64,000 nucleotides of DNA from an uncultured Spirochaetota bacterium (lineage in GTDB: Bacteria; Spirochaetota; Spirochaetia; SZUA-6; Fen-1364). Below are positions 56,694 through 64,000 of this stretch, in pieces (the stretch's first letter is position 1; each line of letters starts with the position of its first letter). The stretch lies in assembly GCA_963820525.1 (NCBI GenBank), contig CAWGAA010000001.1, positions 2,208,001 to 2,272,000 on the forward strand, written 5' to 3'. A model generated the notes under the pieces. It was not told the origin of the DNA and made no database searches. It saw only the letters and a list, made by a program, of their open reading frames with translations. Position numbers and translations under genes: made by a program.

Positions 56694-58067
56694 CTACTCC
56701 CTCCTCTCCCCTGCCTCGAGGAGCCGTGCGGCGATCCCGTTCGCCCTGCGCACGAGCTCATCCTCATCCACTCCCGTGAGCCTGCCCCCGTCCACAACCA
56801 CCCTGCCGTTGCAGATGGTATAGTCTGCGCCATGATTAAAGCCCGCGAAGAGCAGGGCGGCGAGGGGATCCGAGAGGCTCCCGCTGTATTCCATGCGATG
56901 CACGTCGAAGGCCGCCAGGTCCGCCGCAAACCCCGGCTCGATCCTGCCGATCCCCTGGAAGCCGAGCACCAAGGCGCCCGTTTCCGTCGCCATCTTTAAA
57001 ACCTCCCGCGCCCCTAGCGCATCGCTCCCCCGGAAGGCGCGCTGGAGGAGCATGGCATTGCGCATCTCTCCCAGGAAATCGGAGGAGTCATTGGAGGCCG
57101 AGCCGTCCACGGCAAGGGAGACGGGAACTCCCCGGTCCAGCATGTCCCGCACCCGACACACCCCCGAGCCCAGCCGCATGTTGGAGGTTGGGCAGTGGGC
57201 GATCTGGGCCCCGGAGTCCGCGAGCGCGGCGAGCTCGCTGTCCGTGAAATGGATCCCGTGTGCGTACGATACGTCGGGTCCGATGAATGAGCAGCGCTCC
57301 ATAAGGGCGAGCGGCCTCACTCCATAGGCGGCCGCGCAGTACTCGTTCTCGTCCGCCGTCTCCGCAAGGTGGGTGTGGAGCCTCACCCCTTTGGACCGCG
57401 CCAGGCCGGCGGTCTCGCGCATCAGGTCCTCGGACACGGAGAATGGGCTGCAGGGGCCGAGTGCGACCTTCCGCATGGCCAGGGGGGAAGGATCGTGAAA
57501 GGAAGCGATCACGCGCTCCGAGTCGGAAAGGATCGTCTCCTCGTCCTGGACAACGGAGTCCGGCGGAAGGCCGCCGTCCTTCTTTCCCAGCGACATGGAG
57601 CCCCGCGCAGGGGCGAACCTCATCCCGAGCTCCTCCGCGGCCTTGAACTGGAGGGCCATGAAGTCGGCCCCGGCTCCGCGGGGATAGAGATAGAGGTGAT
57701 CCGTTGAGCAGGTACAGCCGGTCTTGAGCAGCTCTCCCATGGCGAGGAGGGAAGAGGCGTAGACGGCCTCACCGTCGATGTTCTTCCAGATCTCGTAGAG
57801 ATAGACCAGCCAGTCGAAGAGCTTCGCGTCCTGCACGGCCGGGAGCGCCCGGGTGAGGGTCTGGTAGAAGTGGTGGTGGGTGTTCACGAAGCCGGGAAGC
57901 ACCACGTGGCGCGAGCAATCGATGATGCGGACAGGGGCTTGCGCAGCGAGAGATCTGCCCACCCGTGCGATCAGGTTGTCCTCGATGAGGATGTCCACGT
58001 CGCGCACAGCAGGCCCCTCCGCCGAAGGCTGAATGAAGAAGCAGTTTTTTAAAAGTATCCTGCTCAT
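56694..58067 (-). CDS. 8-oxoguanine deaminase-like amidohydrolase
   Basis: PGFVNTHHHFYQTLTR, DHLY, PCSPFSV, HTHLAET, HCPTSNMRL.SG, DGSASND. Confidence 0.88.
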   Translation of the reverse strand: MSRILLKNCFFIQPSAEGPAVRDVDILIEDNLIARVGRSLAAQAPVRIIDCSRHVVLPGFVNTHHHFYQTLTRALPAVQDAKLFDWLVYLYEIWKNIDGEAVYASSLLAMGELLKTGCTCSTDHLYLYPRGAGADFMALQFKAAEELGMRFAPARGSMSLGKKDGGLPPDSVVQDEETILSDSERVIASFHDPSPLAMRKVALGPCSPFSVSEDLMRETAGLARSKGVRLHTHLAETADENEYCAAAYGVRPLALMERCSFIGPDVSYAHGIHFTDSELAALADSGAQIAHCPTSNMRLGSGVCRVRDMLDRGVPVSLAVDGSASNDSSDFLGEMRNAMLLQRAFRGSDALGAREVLKMATETGALVLGFQGIGRIEPGFAADLAAFDVHRMEYSGSLSDPLAALLFAGFNHGADYTICNGRVVVDGGRLTGVDEDELVRRANGIAARLLEAGERRE

Positions 58068-58126
58068 CGTCGTCCTCTGTACTATGGCGCCAATGGGTTG
58101 GGCCCTGCAAGCGCCATACTCACGGA

Positions 58127-58154
58127 TTGACACGCTGCTCCCCCGCGCTATAGT
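58127..58154 (+). promoter_or_regulatory. Putative promoter of the MFS gene
   Basis: TTGACA-N16-TATAGT. Confidence 0.55.
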
Positions 58155-58189
58155 CAACAGGAAGTCTTCCTGCCCCCGAAAACGAGGAG

Positions 58190-59434
58190 GTGAACGTGAG
58201 CGAACAGGGCATACGCCTCTCCAGCTACCGTTGGGCGGTTCTGGCCGTCTTCATGCTTGCCGCGCTGGTCAACCAGTCTGCCTGGATCACCTTCGCCCCG
58301 ATCACGAGCGAGGCGATGGCGTTCTACGGCACATCGGACCTGATGATCGGGCTTTTGTCCATGATATTCATGATCGTCTACGTCCTTGTCGTGCTCCCCT
58401 CGGCCTGGGCGATCGATACTTTGGGCTTCCGCGCCTCCGTCGGAATGGGGGCGGCGCTGACCGCCCTCGGGGCCATCGGCCGGGGGATCTTCGCCGCGAG
58501 CTTTACGGCTGTGTTCCTCTCGCAGCTTCTCATCGCCGTGGGGCAGCCGGTCGTGATCGGCTCAATAACCAAGCTGGCTTCGCGCTGGTTCCCCGCCGAG
58601 GAGCGGGCCACCGCCGCCGGGCTGGGAACCCTCGCCATCTACCTCGGCATCCTCGCCGGCCTCGTCGTGACCCCTCTGCTCACGGCCCGCATCGGGATGA
58701 AGGGGATGCTGCTGGTCTGGGGCGTGGCGGCGAGCGCGGCCGCGGCCTTCTTTTTCATCGTGGCCCGCGAGCATCCGCCCGCCCCGGTATCCGCGCCGGG
58801 CAGCGATGAGCGCACCCTCATGTTCACAGGGCTGAAGAGCATGTTCGCGGACCGCGACTTCCTCCTCCTGCTCGTGATCTTCTTCATGGGACTGGGAATG
58901 TTCAACGGCGTCACCACCTGGATCGAGCAGATCGTGCAGCCCAGGGGCTTCAGTGGGGGCCAGGCGGGCGTTATCGGCGGCCTCATGCTCGTGGGAGGGA
59001 TCATCGGCGCCCTCGTCATCCCCCTGATCTCTGACGGTATGCGAAAGCGCAAGCCTTTCATCGTCCTCTCCCTCGTCGGCCTCATCCCCGGCCTCCTGGG
59101 CATCATCTTCGCGCAGAGCTACTGGCTTCTCCTTCTCTCGGGATTCGTCTTCGGATTTTTCCTCCTCAGCTCGGGGCCCATCGGGTTCCAGTACGGGGCG
59201 GAGATAACGCGCCCGGCCCCGGAAGGAACATCGAACAGCTTCCTCATTCTCATGGGCCAGATCTCCGGCATCATCTTCATCTTCGGGATGGACGCCCTGA
59301 AGTCCCCGGACGGGTCCATGACGGTTTCCCTCCTTGGTCTTCTGGGCTGCATGGCGCTGTGCGTGGTACTTTCGCTTTTCCTGAGGGAGTCTCCCATCAG
59401 CGCCGCCTCCCGGGGCGGGACGGAAAACAAATGA
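58190..59434 (+). CDS. MFS transporter, FLVCR/SLC49-like
   Basis: About 12 TMs; YRW, WITFAPI, GQP, WFP..ERATA. The start could be GTG 58196. Confidence 0.88.
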   Translation: MNVSEQGIRLSSYRWAVLAVFMLAALVNQSAWITFAPITSEAMAFYGTSDLMIGLLSMIFMIVYVLVVLPSAWAIDTLGFRASVGMGAALTALGAIGRGIFAASFTAVFLSQLLIAVGQPVVIGSITKLASRWFPAEERATAAGLGTLAIYLGILAGLVVTPLLTARIGMKGMLLVWGVAASAAAAFFFIVAREHPPAPVSAPGSDERTLMFTGLKSMFADRDFLLLLVIFFMGLGMFNGVTTWIEQIVQPRGFSGGQAGVIGGLMLVGGIIGALVIPLISDGMRKRKPFIVLSLVGLIPGLLGIIFAQSYWLLLLSGFVFGFFLLSSGPIGFQYGAEITRPAPEGTSNSFLILMGQISGIIFIFGMDALKSPDGSMTVSLLGLLGCMALCVVLSLFLRESPISAASRGGTENK

Positions 59435-59486
59435 GCGCGGATTTCTCCGGCCGGGGGAAAGCAGGCCGCCGCGCATCGGCGGGATA

Positions 59487-60098
59487 GTGAAGATTGCGAT
59501 CTTCGGCGCCACGGGGCGCACGGGAAGGCTTCTCGTCGAGCAGGCGCTCTCCGCCGGCCACCAGGTGAAAGCCCTTGCGCGCAATCCGGGGAAACTCGGG
59601 ATCGAGCACCCGAAGCTGAAGGTCCTTCAGGGGGATGTGAGGGACTTCGGGGCCGTGGAGCGGACCATCGCCGGAACTCACGGCGTGATCTCGGCCCTCG
59701 GCCACCCCGGAATCATGCCCAGTGCGGTCATCGCACAGGGCGTGCGCAACATGATAACCGTCATGGAACGCTCCCGGGTGAGAAGGATCGTCACGGTCGC
59801 AAGCTCGGGCATCGAGGGAGAATCCGGCCTCTTCGGCTTCATCCTCAACCTGGCGCTGTACAGCTCGCAGAGGGACCACAGGCGCCAGCTCAAGCTCCTG
59901 AAGGCGAGCGCCCTCGATTGGACCGTCGTCCGGCCCATCGTGCTCACCAACGGTCCGCGGACCAGACGGTATCGGGTGGCCCGCACGGGTATCCCCAATC
60001 GGGGATGGCGGATCTCCCGCGCGGACCTCGCTCACTTCGCGTTGAAATGCATGATGGGCGGCATCCATCTGAAAAGCTCCCCGTCCATTGCGTACTGA
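59487..60098 (+). CDS. NAD(P)H-binding protein (flavin/biliverdin reductase B-like atypical SDR)
   Basis: IFGATGRTG, RNP.KL, LDWTVVRP, ISRADLA. Confidence 0.88.
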   Translation: MKIAIFGATGRTGRLLVEQALSAGHQVKALARNPGKLGIEHPKLKVLQGDVRDFGAVERTIAGTHGVISALGHPGIMPSAVIAQGVRNMITVMERSRVRRIVTVASSGIEGESGLFGFILNLALYSSQRDHRRQLKLLKASALDWTVVRPIVLTNGPRTRRYRVARTGIPNRGWRISRADLAHFALKCMMGGIHLKSSPSIAY

Positions 60099-60134
60099 AG
60101 ACGGGGATAAGCCTGCCCGCGGCCCGACAGGGGC

Positions 60135-60503
60135 TTAATGCGCCAACTCGATGAAATCCGCGATGATCGACCGGGGAGAATCAACGGAGATGACGCGCAG
60201 GCGGATCTGAACGTGTCTCCCCAGCACCCTCTCCAGCATGTCCGCTTCACCCCTCTTGACGCCGACGAACCGGAAGTTCGCGTCGCTTGAATCATCATCC
60301 AGAACAAATACGCGCCCGTCCGACCGCAGCACTCCACCCACCACGATGACGCTGCCTTTCGCATACCTGGGACCGCGGTCCGGAACGGAGCGCGCCGGGC
60401 TCCCGTTCGGCCTCGGCTGGAGCACGAGGCACTGGGAGAGCGCTATGGCGCAGGCGAGAACGAAGACGACCTTGCAGATGGAAGAGATTGTAGCCCTGCC
60501 CAT
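60135..60503 (-). CDS. Hypothetical exported protein/lipoprotein
   Basis: AGGAGG RBS; hydrophobic N-terminus ending LSQC; upstream TTGAGG-N17-TATACT. Confidence 0.6.
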   Translation of the reverse strand: MGRATISSICKVVFVLACAIALSQCLVLQPRPNGSPARSVPDRGPRYAKGSVIVVGGVLRSDGRVFVLDDDSSDANFRFVGVKRGEADMLERVLGRHVQIRLRVISVDSPRSIIADFIELAH

Positions 60504-60536
60504 GTTCTGAACCTCCTGCGGTAATGTCATGCGATG

Positions 60537-60573
60537 AAAAACCGGGAGCCGCTCATCCCGGTGCAGCGGCTCC
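60537..60573 (-). terminator. Terminator-like hairpin with an overlapping alternative hairpin
   Basis: Minus strand ACCGGGA-N8-TCCCGGT followed by TTTT; alternative stem GGAGCCGCT/AGCGGCTCC. Confidence 0.55.
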
Positions 60574-60650
60574 GCCGTAGGTAAATTGGAAGGACTTGAA
60601 AAGGAGTATACCCCGAAAACCGACATTCCTCAATCTTTTTTTCACGTGTT

Positions 60651-61529
60651 TTATCCCTCGCGCCGGCCATCCTTGGCTTCCGAGGCAAGAAGCCCCAGGA
60701 AGCTCTCCACGAGGTTCTGCGCCACGCGCAGCCTGTATGCCGAGGTGGAGCGCTGGTCATCGATGGGATGCACCGCCCTCCCGACTATCTGCCGCAATGC
60801 TGCGGCAAGCTTCTCGCCCCGGAGATCCCGCCTCCTGGCCCCCTCGAGCAGCTCTTCCGCCTCCGTGAGGCGGATTACCGTCGGAGAGACGGCTCCCAGG
60901 GAAATCCGCACACGGCCGATCGCGTCACCCGCCACATCGGCAAACGCCGCGATCGAGACCTTGGTGAGGGCGTTTGCCTTCCGCGTGCCCACCTTCCGCC
61001 ACAGCGAGACGGCCGGGCTCCAGGGAGGAATGAGAACGGAGCGCAGAATCTCCCCTGGCCCGAGGAAGGTGGAGCCGGGACCCGTTATGAACCGTCCGAT
61101 CGGGAGGGTCCGTTGGGAGCCCGAGGAGAGCAGCCTGACCTCGGCATCGAAGGCATAGAGGAACGGGAGGGTATCCCCGGCAGGGGAGGCGTTGCAGATG
61201 TTGCCGCCGATGGTGGCGACGTTGCGAAGCGCCGGCCCCCCGATCTGGCGCGCGATTTCGCGGAGCGTCCGGGGCACCAGGGAGCTTTCAGCCAGAGCGG
61301 CGAGGGGGACAAGGCAGCCGATCTCCAGAGCCCCGGAGGCCGGCTCGATTGCGGAGAGCTCGCGCAGCAGGTCGAGAAGGAGGACGGGCCGGTCGAAGGC
61401 GGGAATCTCGCCCGCTCCCCGGCGGAGCTTGACCATGAGGTCCGTGCCGCCCGCGAATGGGACGGCGCCGAGCCGTGCCCTGATCTCGAGCGCTTCCACG
61501 AGGGTGGAGGGCCGGTATGCCTCTACCAC
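60651..61529 (-). CDS. Xanthine dehydrogenase family FAD-binding subunit
   Basis: AGGTDLMV, RNVATIGGNICNASPAGD, PIDDQRSTSAYR. Confidence 0.92.
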   Translation of the reverse strand: MVEAYRPSTLVEALEIRARLGAVPFAGGTDLMVKLRRGAGEIPAFDRPVLLLDLLRELSAIEPASGALEIGCLVPLAALAESSLVPRTLREIARQIGGPALRNVATIGGNICNASPAGDTLPFLYAFDAEVRLLSSGSQRTLPIGRFITGPGSTFLGPGEILRSVLIPPWSPAVSLWRKVGTRKANALTKVSIAAFADVAGDAIGRVRISLGAVSPTVIRLTEAEELLEGARRRDLRGEKLAAALRQIVGRAVHPIDDQRSTSAYRLRVAQNLVESFLGLLASEAKDGRREG

Positions 61530-61990
61530 GGCCCCTTCGCCTCCCCGGCGGCGGCGGAAACGGCCTTGACCACGAGGTCATAGCCCGTGCACCTGCAGAG
61601 ATTGCCCGCGAGGGCTTCCCGGATCTCCTCCTCGCTCGGGGTCGGGTTCGATCTGAGGAGAGCCTCAGCGGCAATCACCAGCCCGGGGGTGCAGAAACCG
61701 CACTGTACCGCCCCTTCCCGGGAAAAGGCTTCCACGAGGAGCCTGCCCCGCTGGGTATCCTTGAGGCCCGCCATGGTCTGGATATCGGCGCCCTCCGCCT
61801 GGATGGCGGGGACGAGGCAGGAGTTCACGAGCTTTCCATCCATCAAGATGGCGCATGCCCCGCACTCCCCTTCCCCGCACCCTTCCTTCACCGACGCGTC
61901 GCCCAGCTCCTCTCTGAGCAGATCGATGAGGCGCGAGAGCGGGTGAACGGCCGCCTCGACTTCCCTCCCGTTTATCCGGAACTTGATCAC
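61523..61990 (-). CDS. Xanthine dehydrogenase family 2x[2Fe-2S] subunit
   Basis: CGEGECGAC...NSCL, QCGFCTPG, NLCRCTGY. Confidence 0.95.
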   Translation of the reverse strand: MIKFRINGREVEAAVHPLSRLIDLLREELGDASVKEGCGEGECGACAILMDGKLVNSCLVPAIQAEGADIQTMAGLKDTQRGRLLVEAFSREGAVQCGFCTPGLVIAAEALLRSNPTPSEEEIREALAGNLCRCTGYDLVVKAVSAAAGEAKGPW

Positions 61991-64000
61991 GGCGCCTTCC
62001 CCCTGGAGAGCGAATCGGCGCTCTCGCCAACAATCTTCATGATCCTCTCCGGCGTAAGGGGTATCTCGTGGACTTCAGCCCCGATGGCCCGCTGCACTGC
62101 CATCGCAAAGGCGGGGGCTCCCCCGTCGAATACGAGCTCGCCGGCCCCCTTGGCACCGAAAGGACCGAAGGGGTACGGGTTTTCAACCAGCTCCACCGAA
62201 ACGGCAGGAAAATCGAGCGAGGTGGGGATCATATAGTCGGCCAGGGAGTCCTGCATGAACTCGCCGTCCGCGAGCTCGAGCTTTTCCATTCCCCCGAATC
62301 CGAGCGCCTGGATCATCCCCCCATGGGCTTGCCCCTCGACAATGAGGCGGTCCACGGGGAAACCGACGTCATAGACGGTCCATACGTGCTCGACCCGGGC
62401 CTCGAAGGTGAGAGGGTCCACGGAGACCTCCACGGCGTTCGCCCCCCAGCCGTAGGTGGGGTAGGCATCTCCACTCATGGTCTCGGGGTCCCAGCTCAGG
62501 TGCTCGGGGTGGACGTATTCCTGGACGATCTCCCGCTCCTCCCCCTCTTTCCAGCAGGACTTCATCCTGCGCGCAGCCTCTTGCAGCAGGTACCCCACGA
62601 CCATGATCGAGCGCGATGCAATGGTGGGGCCCGAGTCGGGAACGAGGTCGGTGTCCGGCCTGTCGAAGAGCACCTGGGAAATGGGGATGCCGAGGACCCC
62701 CGCCACAACCTTGCGGAAGGTGGTCTGCAGCCCCTGTCCCATGTCCACGCTGGCCGCCAGGATCCTCACGCGCCCGTCGGCGAGCTTCTTCAAGACCACG
62801 CGGCTCTTGATCTTGTCCCGCTCTCCGCTTCCCGTGAATCCGCAGCCGTGGAGGAAAAAGGAGATCCCGATGCCCCTGCCGGGCTTGGCCGCTCTGATCT
62901 TCTCCCGGTACCGGGAAACTGAAAGGATCTTCTCCATCATGGCGGGAAGCATCACCTCGTCGTAGATGCGGCCATTGGATACGGTCCTGTCTCCCTTGAC
63001 GAGGAAGTATCGGCTCTTGAAATCGACCGGATCCGCGCCGACCCGGCGGGCCAGGTGACCCATATGCATCTCGATGGCGAAGAGCGCCTGGGGGGCCCCG
63101 AAACCGCGGAATGCATCCGAGGGAACGACGTTGGTGGCGAACGCGCGGCCCCGCACGGAAACCGACGGTATATTGTATACGCCGGTTGCCGTGAAGATCG
63201 AGCGCTGAAGCACGACGGCGCTGCACGTCTCGTATGCCCCCGCGTTCAGCCGCGTATCCACCTCCATGCCGATCACGGCCCCCGATTCGTCCAGGGCTGT
63301 TCGGAAGCGGATCCAGGATGGGTGGCGCTTGGAGGTGTATCGGATATCCTCTCTCCTGTCGAACACGAGGCGCACGGGCCTGCGGAGCTTCGCCGCGGCC
63401 ACCGCCGCGGCGGTGGCGAGCACGTCGGGGTAGTGCTCCTTTCCCCCGAACCCCCCTCCCGTGTGAGGCTGCACCACCTGGACATCCTCCGGGCGGCAGC
63501 CCAGGACATGGATCAGCGATTTCTTCAGATAATAGGGGCATTGCATGGAAGCGTGCAGGACGATCCTTCCATCGCTCCACCGGGCCAGACATCCCTGGGG
63601 CTCCAGATAGGCGTGCTCCTGGAAGCCGGTCCGAAACTCCTCTTCCACAATCCGGCTTGCCCGCAGGAATGCCGCCCGAGGATCTCCCTTGGTGATGGTA
63701 TAGTCGGCAAAGAGGTTGTCCGAACCGACGATGCAGCCGCCCCTGCGCTCAAGCGAATCTTCTATTGTGAAGGCGGGCTCCCGCCTCGCGTACTCGACCA
63801 CGACCTTCTGCGACAGAGTATCGAGTGCAGCCCTGTCCGGCCCAACCACGAGGGCGATTGTCTGGCCCTTGAAACGGACCTCTCCGTCCGCAAAGACGGG
63901 CCAGTCGTCCTTGATCATGAGGATGCCGTTGACCCCGCCGCGCGGGATGTCGTTCTTGTCGATCCAGAAGTAGCCGGCGGGGAGCCTGGGGCGGCGGACC
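61987..64000 (-). CDS. Xanthine dehydrogenase family molybdopterin-binding subunit (5' end outside window)
   Basis: QEHAYLEP, GGGFGGKE, AFRGFGAPQ, DMGQG, DSGPTIASR, GAKGAGE; frame open to the window edge. Confidence 0.92.
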   Translation of the reverse strand, partial: VRRPRLPAGYFWIDKNDIPRGGVNGILMIKDDWPVFADGEVRFKGQTIALVVGPDRAALDTLSQKVVVEYARREPAFTIEDSLERRGGCIVGSDNLFADYTITKGDPRAAFLRASRIVEEEFRTGFQEHAYLEPQGCLARWSDGRIVLHASMQCPYYLKKSLIHVLGCRPEDVQVVQPHTGGGFGGKEHYPDVLATAAAVAAAKLRRPVRLVFDRREDIRYTSKRHPSWIRFRTALDESGAVIGMEVDTRLNAGAYETCSAVVLQRSIFTATGVYNIPSVSVRGRAFATNVVPSDAFRGFGAPQALFAIEMHMGHLARRVGADPVDFKSRYFLVKGDRTVSNGRIYDEVMLPAMMEKILSVSRYREKIRAAKPGRGIGISFFLHGCGFTGSGERDKIKSRVVLKKLADGRVRILAASVDMGQGLQTTFRKVVAGVLGIPISQVLFDRPDTDLVPDSGPTIASRSIMVVGYLLQEAARRMKSCWKEGEEREIVQEYVHPEHLSWDPETMSGDAYPTYGWGANAVEVSVDPLTFEARVEHVWTVYDVGFPVDRLIVEGQAHGGMIQALGFGGMEKLELADGEFMQDSLADYMIPTSLDFPAVSVELVENPYPFGPFGAKGAGELVFDGGAPAFAMAVQRAIGAEVHEIPLTPERIMKIVGESADSLSRGKAP

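Noticed and set aside
44566..64000. Selenocysteine (in-frame TGA) in purine/Mo-hydroxylase genes
   Set aside because: The frames are full length with no internal TGA
1..64000. Genome-wide TAG reassignment
   Set aside because: Many genes end at TAG at the expected family C-terminus (e.g. 12964, 16622, 36150, 56051, 56694)

Overview
Gene-dense, GC-rich bacterial chromosome segment. It is probably from a free-living anaerobic spirochaete or a similar diderm; this is inferred from protein styles only. No rRNA, tRNA, CRISPR array, transposase or phage genes were recognised. In order, the window holds: (1) 1-9.3 kb, a divergent exopolysaccharide locus with an acetyltransferase, Gfo/Idh/MocA oxidoreductase, priming phosphoglycosyltransferase, CsgD/VpsT-like regulator, Wzz, Fn3 lipoprotein, small beta-barrel, nucleotide-sugar dehydrogenase and SLBB/Wza-like exporter. 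(2) 9.3-23 kb, a GH5 glycosidase, an MhqO/MhqD-like pair, an AT-rich stretch with a perfect sigma70 promoter driving a probable major outer-membrane protein, rlmN, an FNR-like protein, a degenerate aldolase/FGGY kinase pair, an FMN-binding protein and a trypsin-like protease. (3) 23-30 kb, a MoxR/DUF58/DUF4350/DUF4129 operon ending in an RDD-SpoIIM fusion. (4) 30-39 kb, an HD-GYP regulator and a LacI-controlled sugar ABC, GH39-like and GH4 locus. (5) 39-64 kb, an anaerobic purine catabolism/Mo-hydroxylase region (adenosine deaminase, MocA-like protein, type II ABC importer, hydA, ygeW, xdhD, ygfM, 8-oxoguanine deaminase-like, XDH subunits) interrupted by a diguanylate cyclase and a LacI-PBP/GAF/PAS histidine kinase. 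The most interesting candidate system is c-di-GMP control of EPS at two levels. The priming glycosyltransferase carries an N-terminal degenerate GGDEF domain with an intact RxxD I-site, and the adjacent regulator has a VpsT-like W-x-S-R motif. Other notable observations are an in-frame TAG in an otherwise intact MBL hydrolase and a remnant of a 2-hydroxyacid dehydrogenase. All family assignments come from motif recognition by eye, not from database searches.
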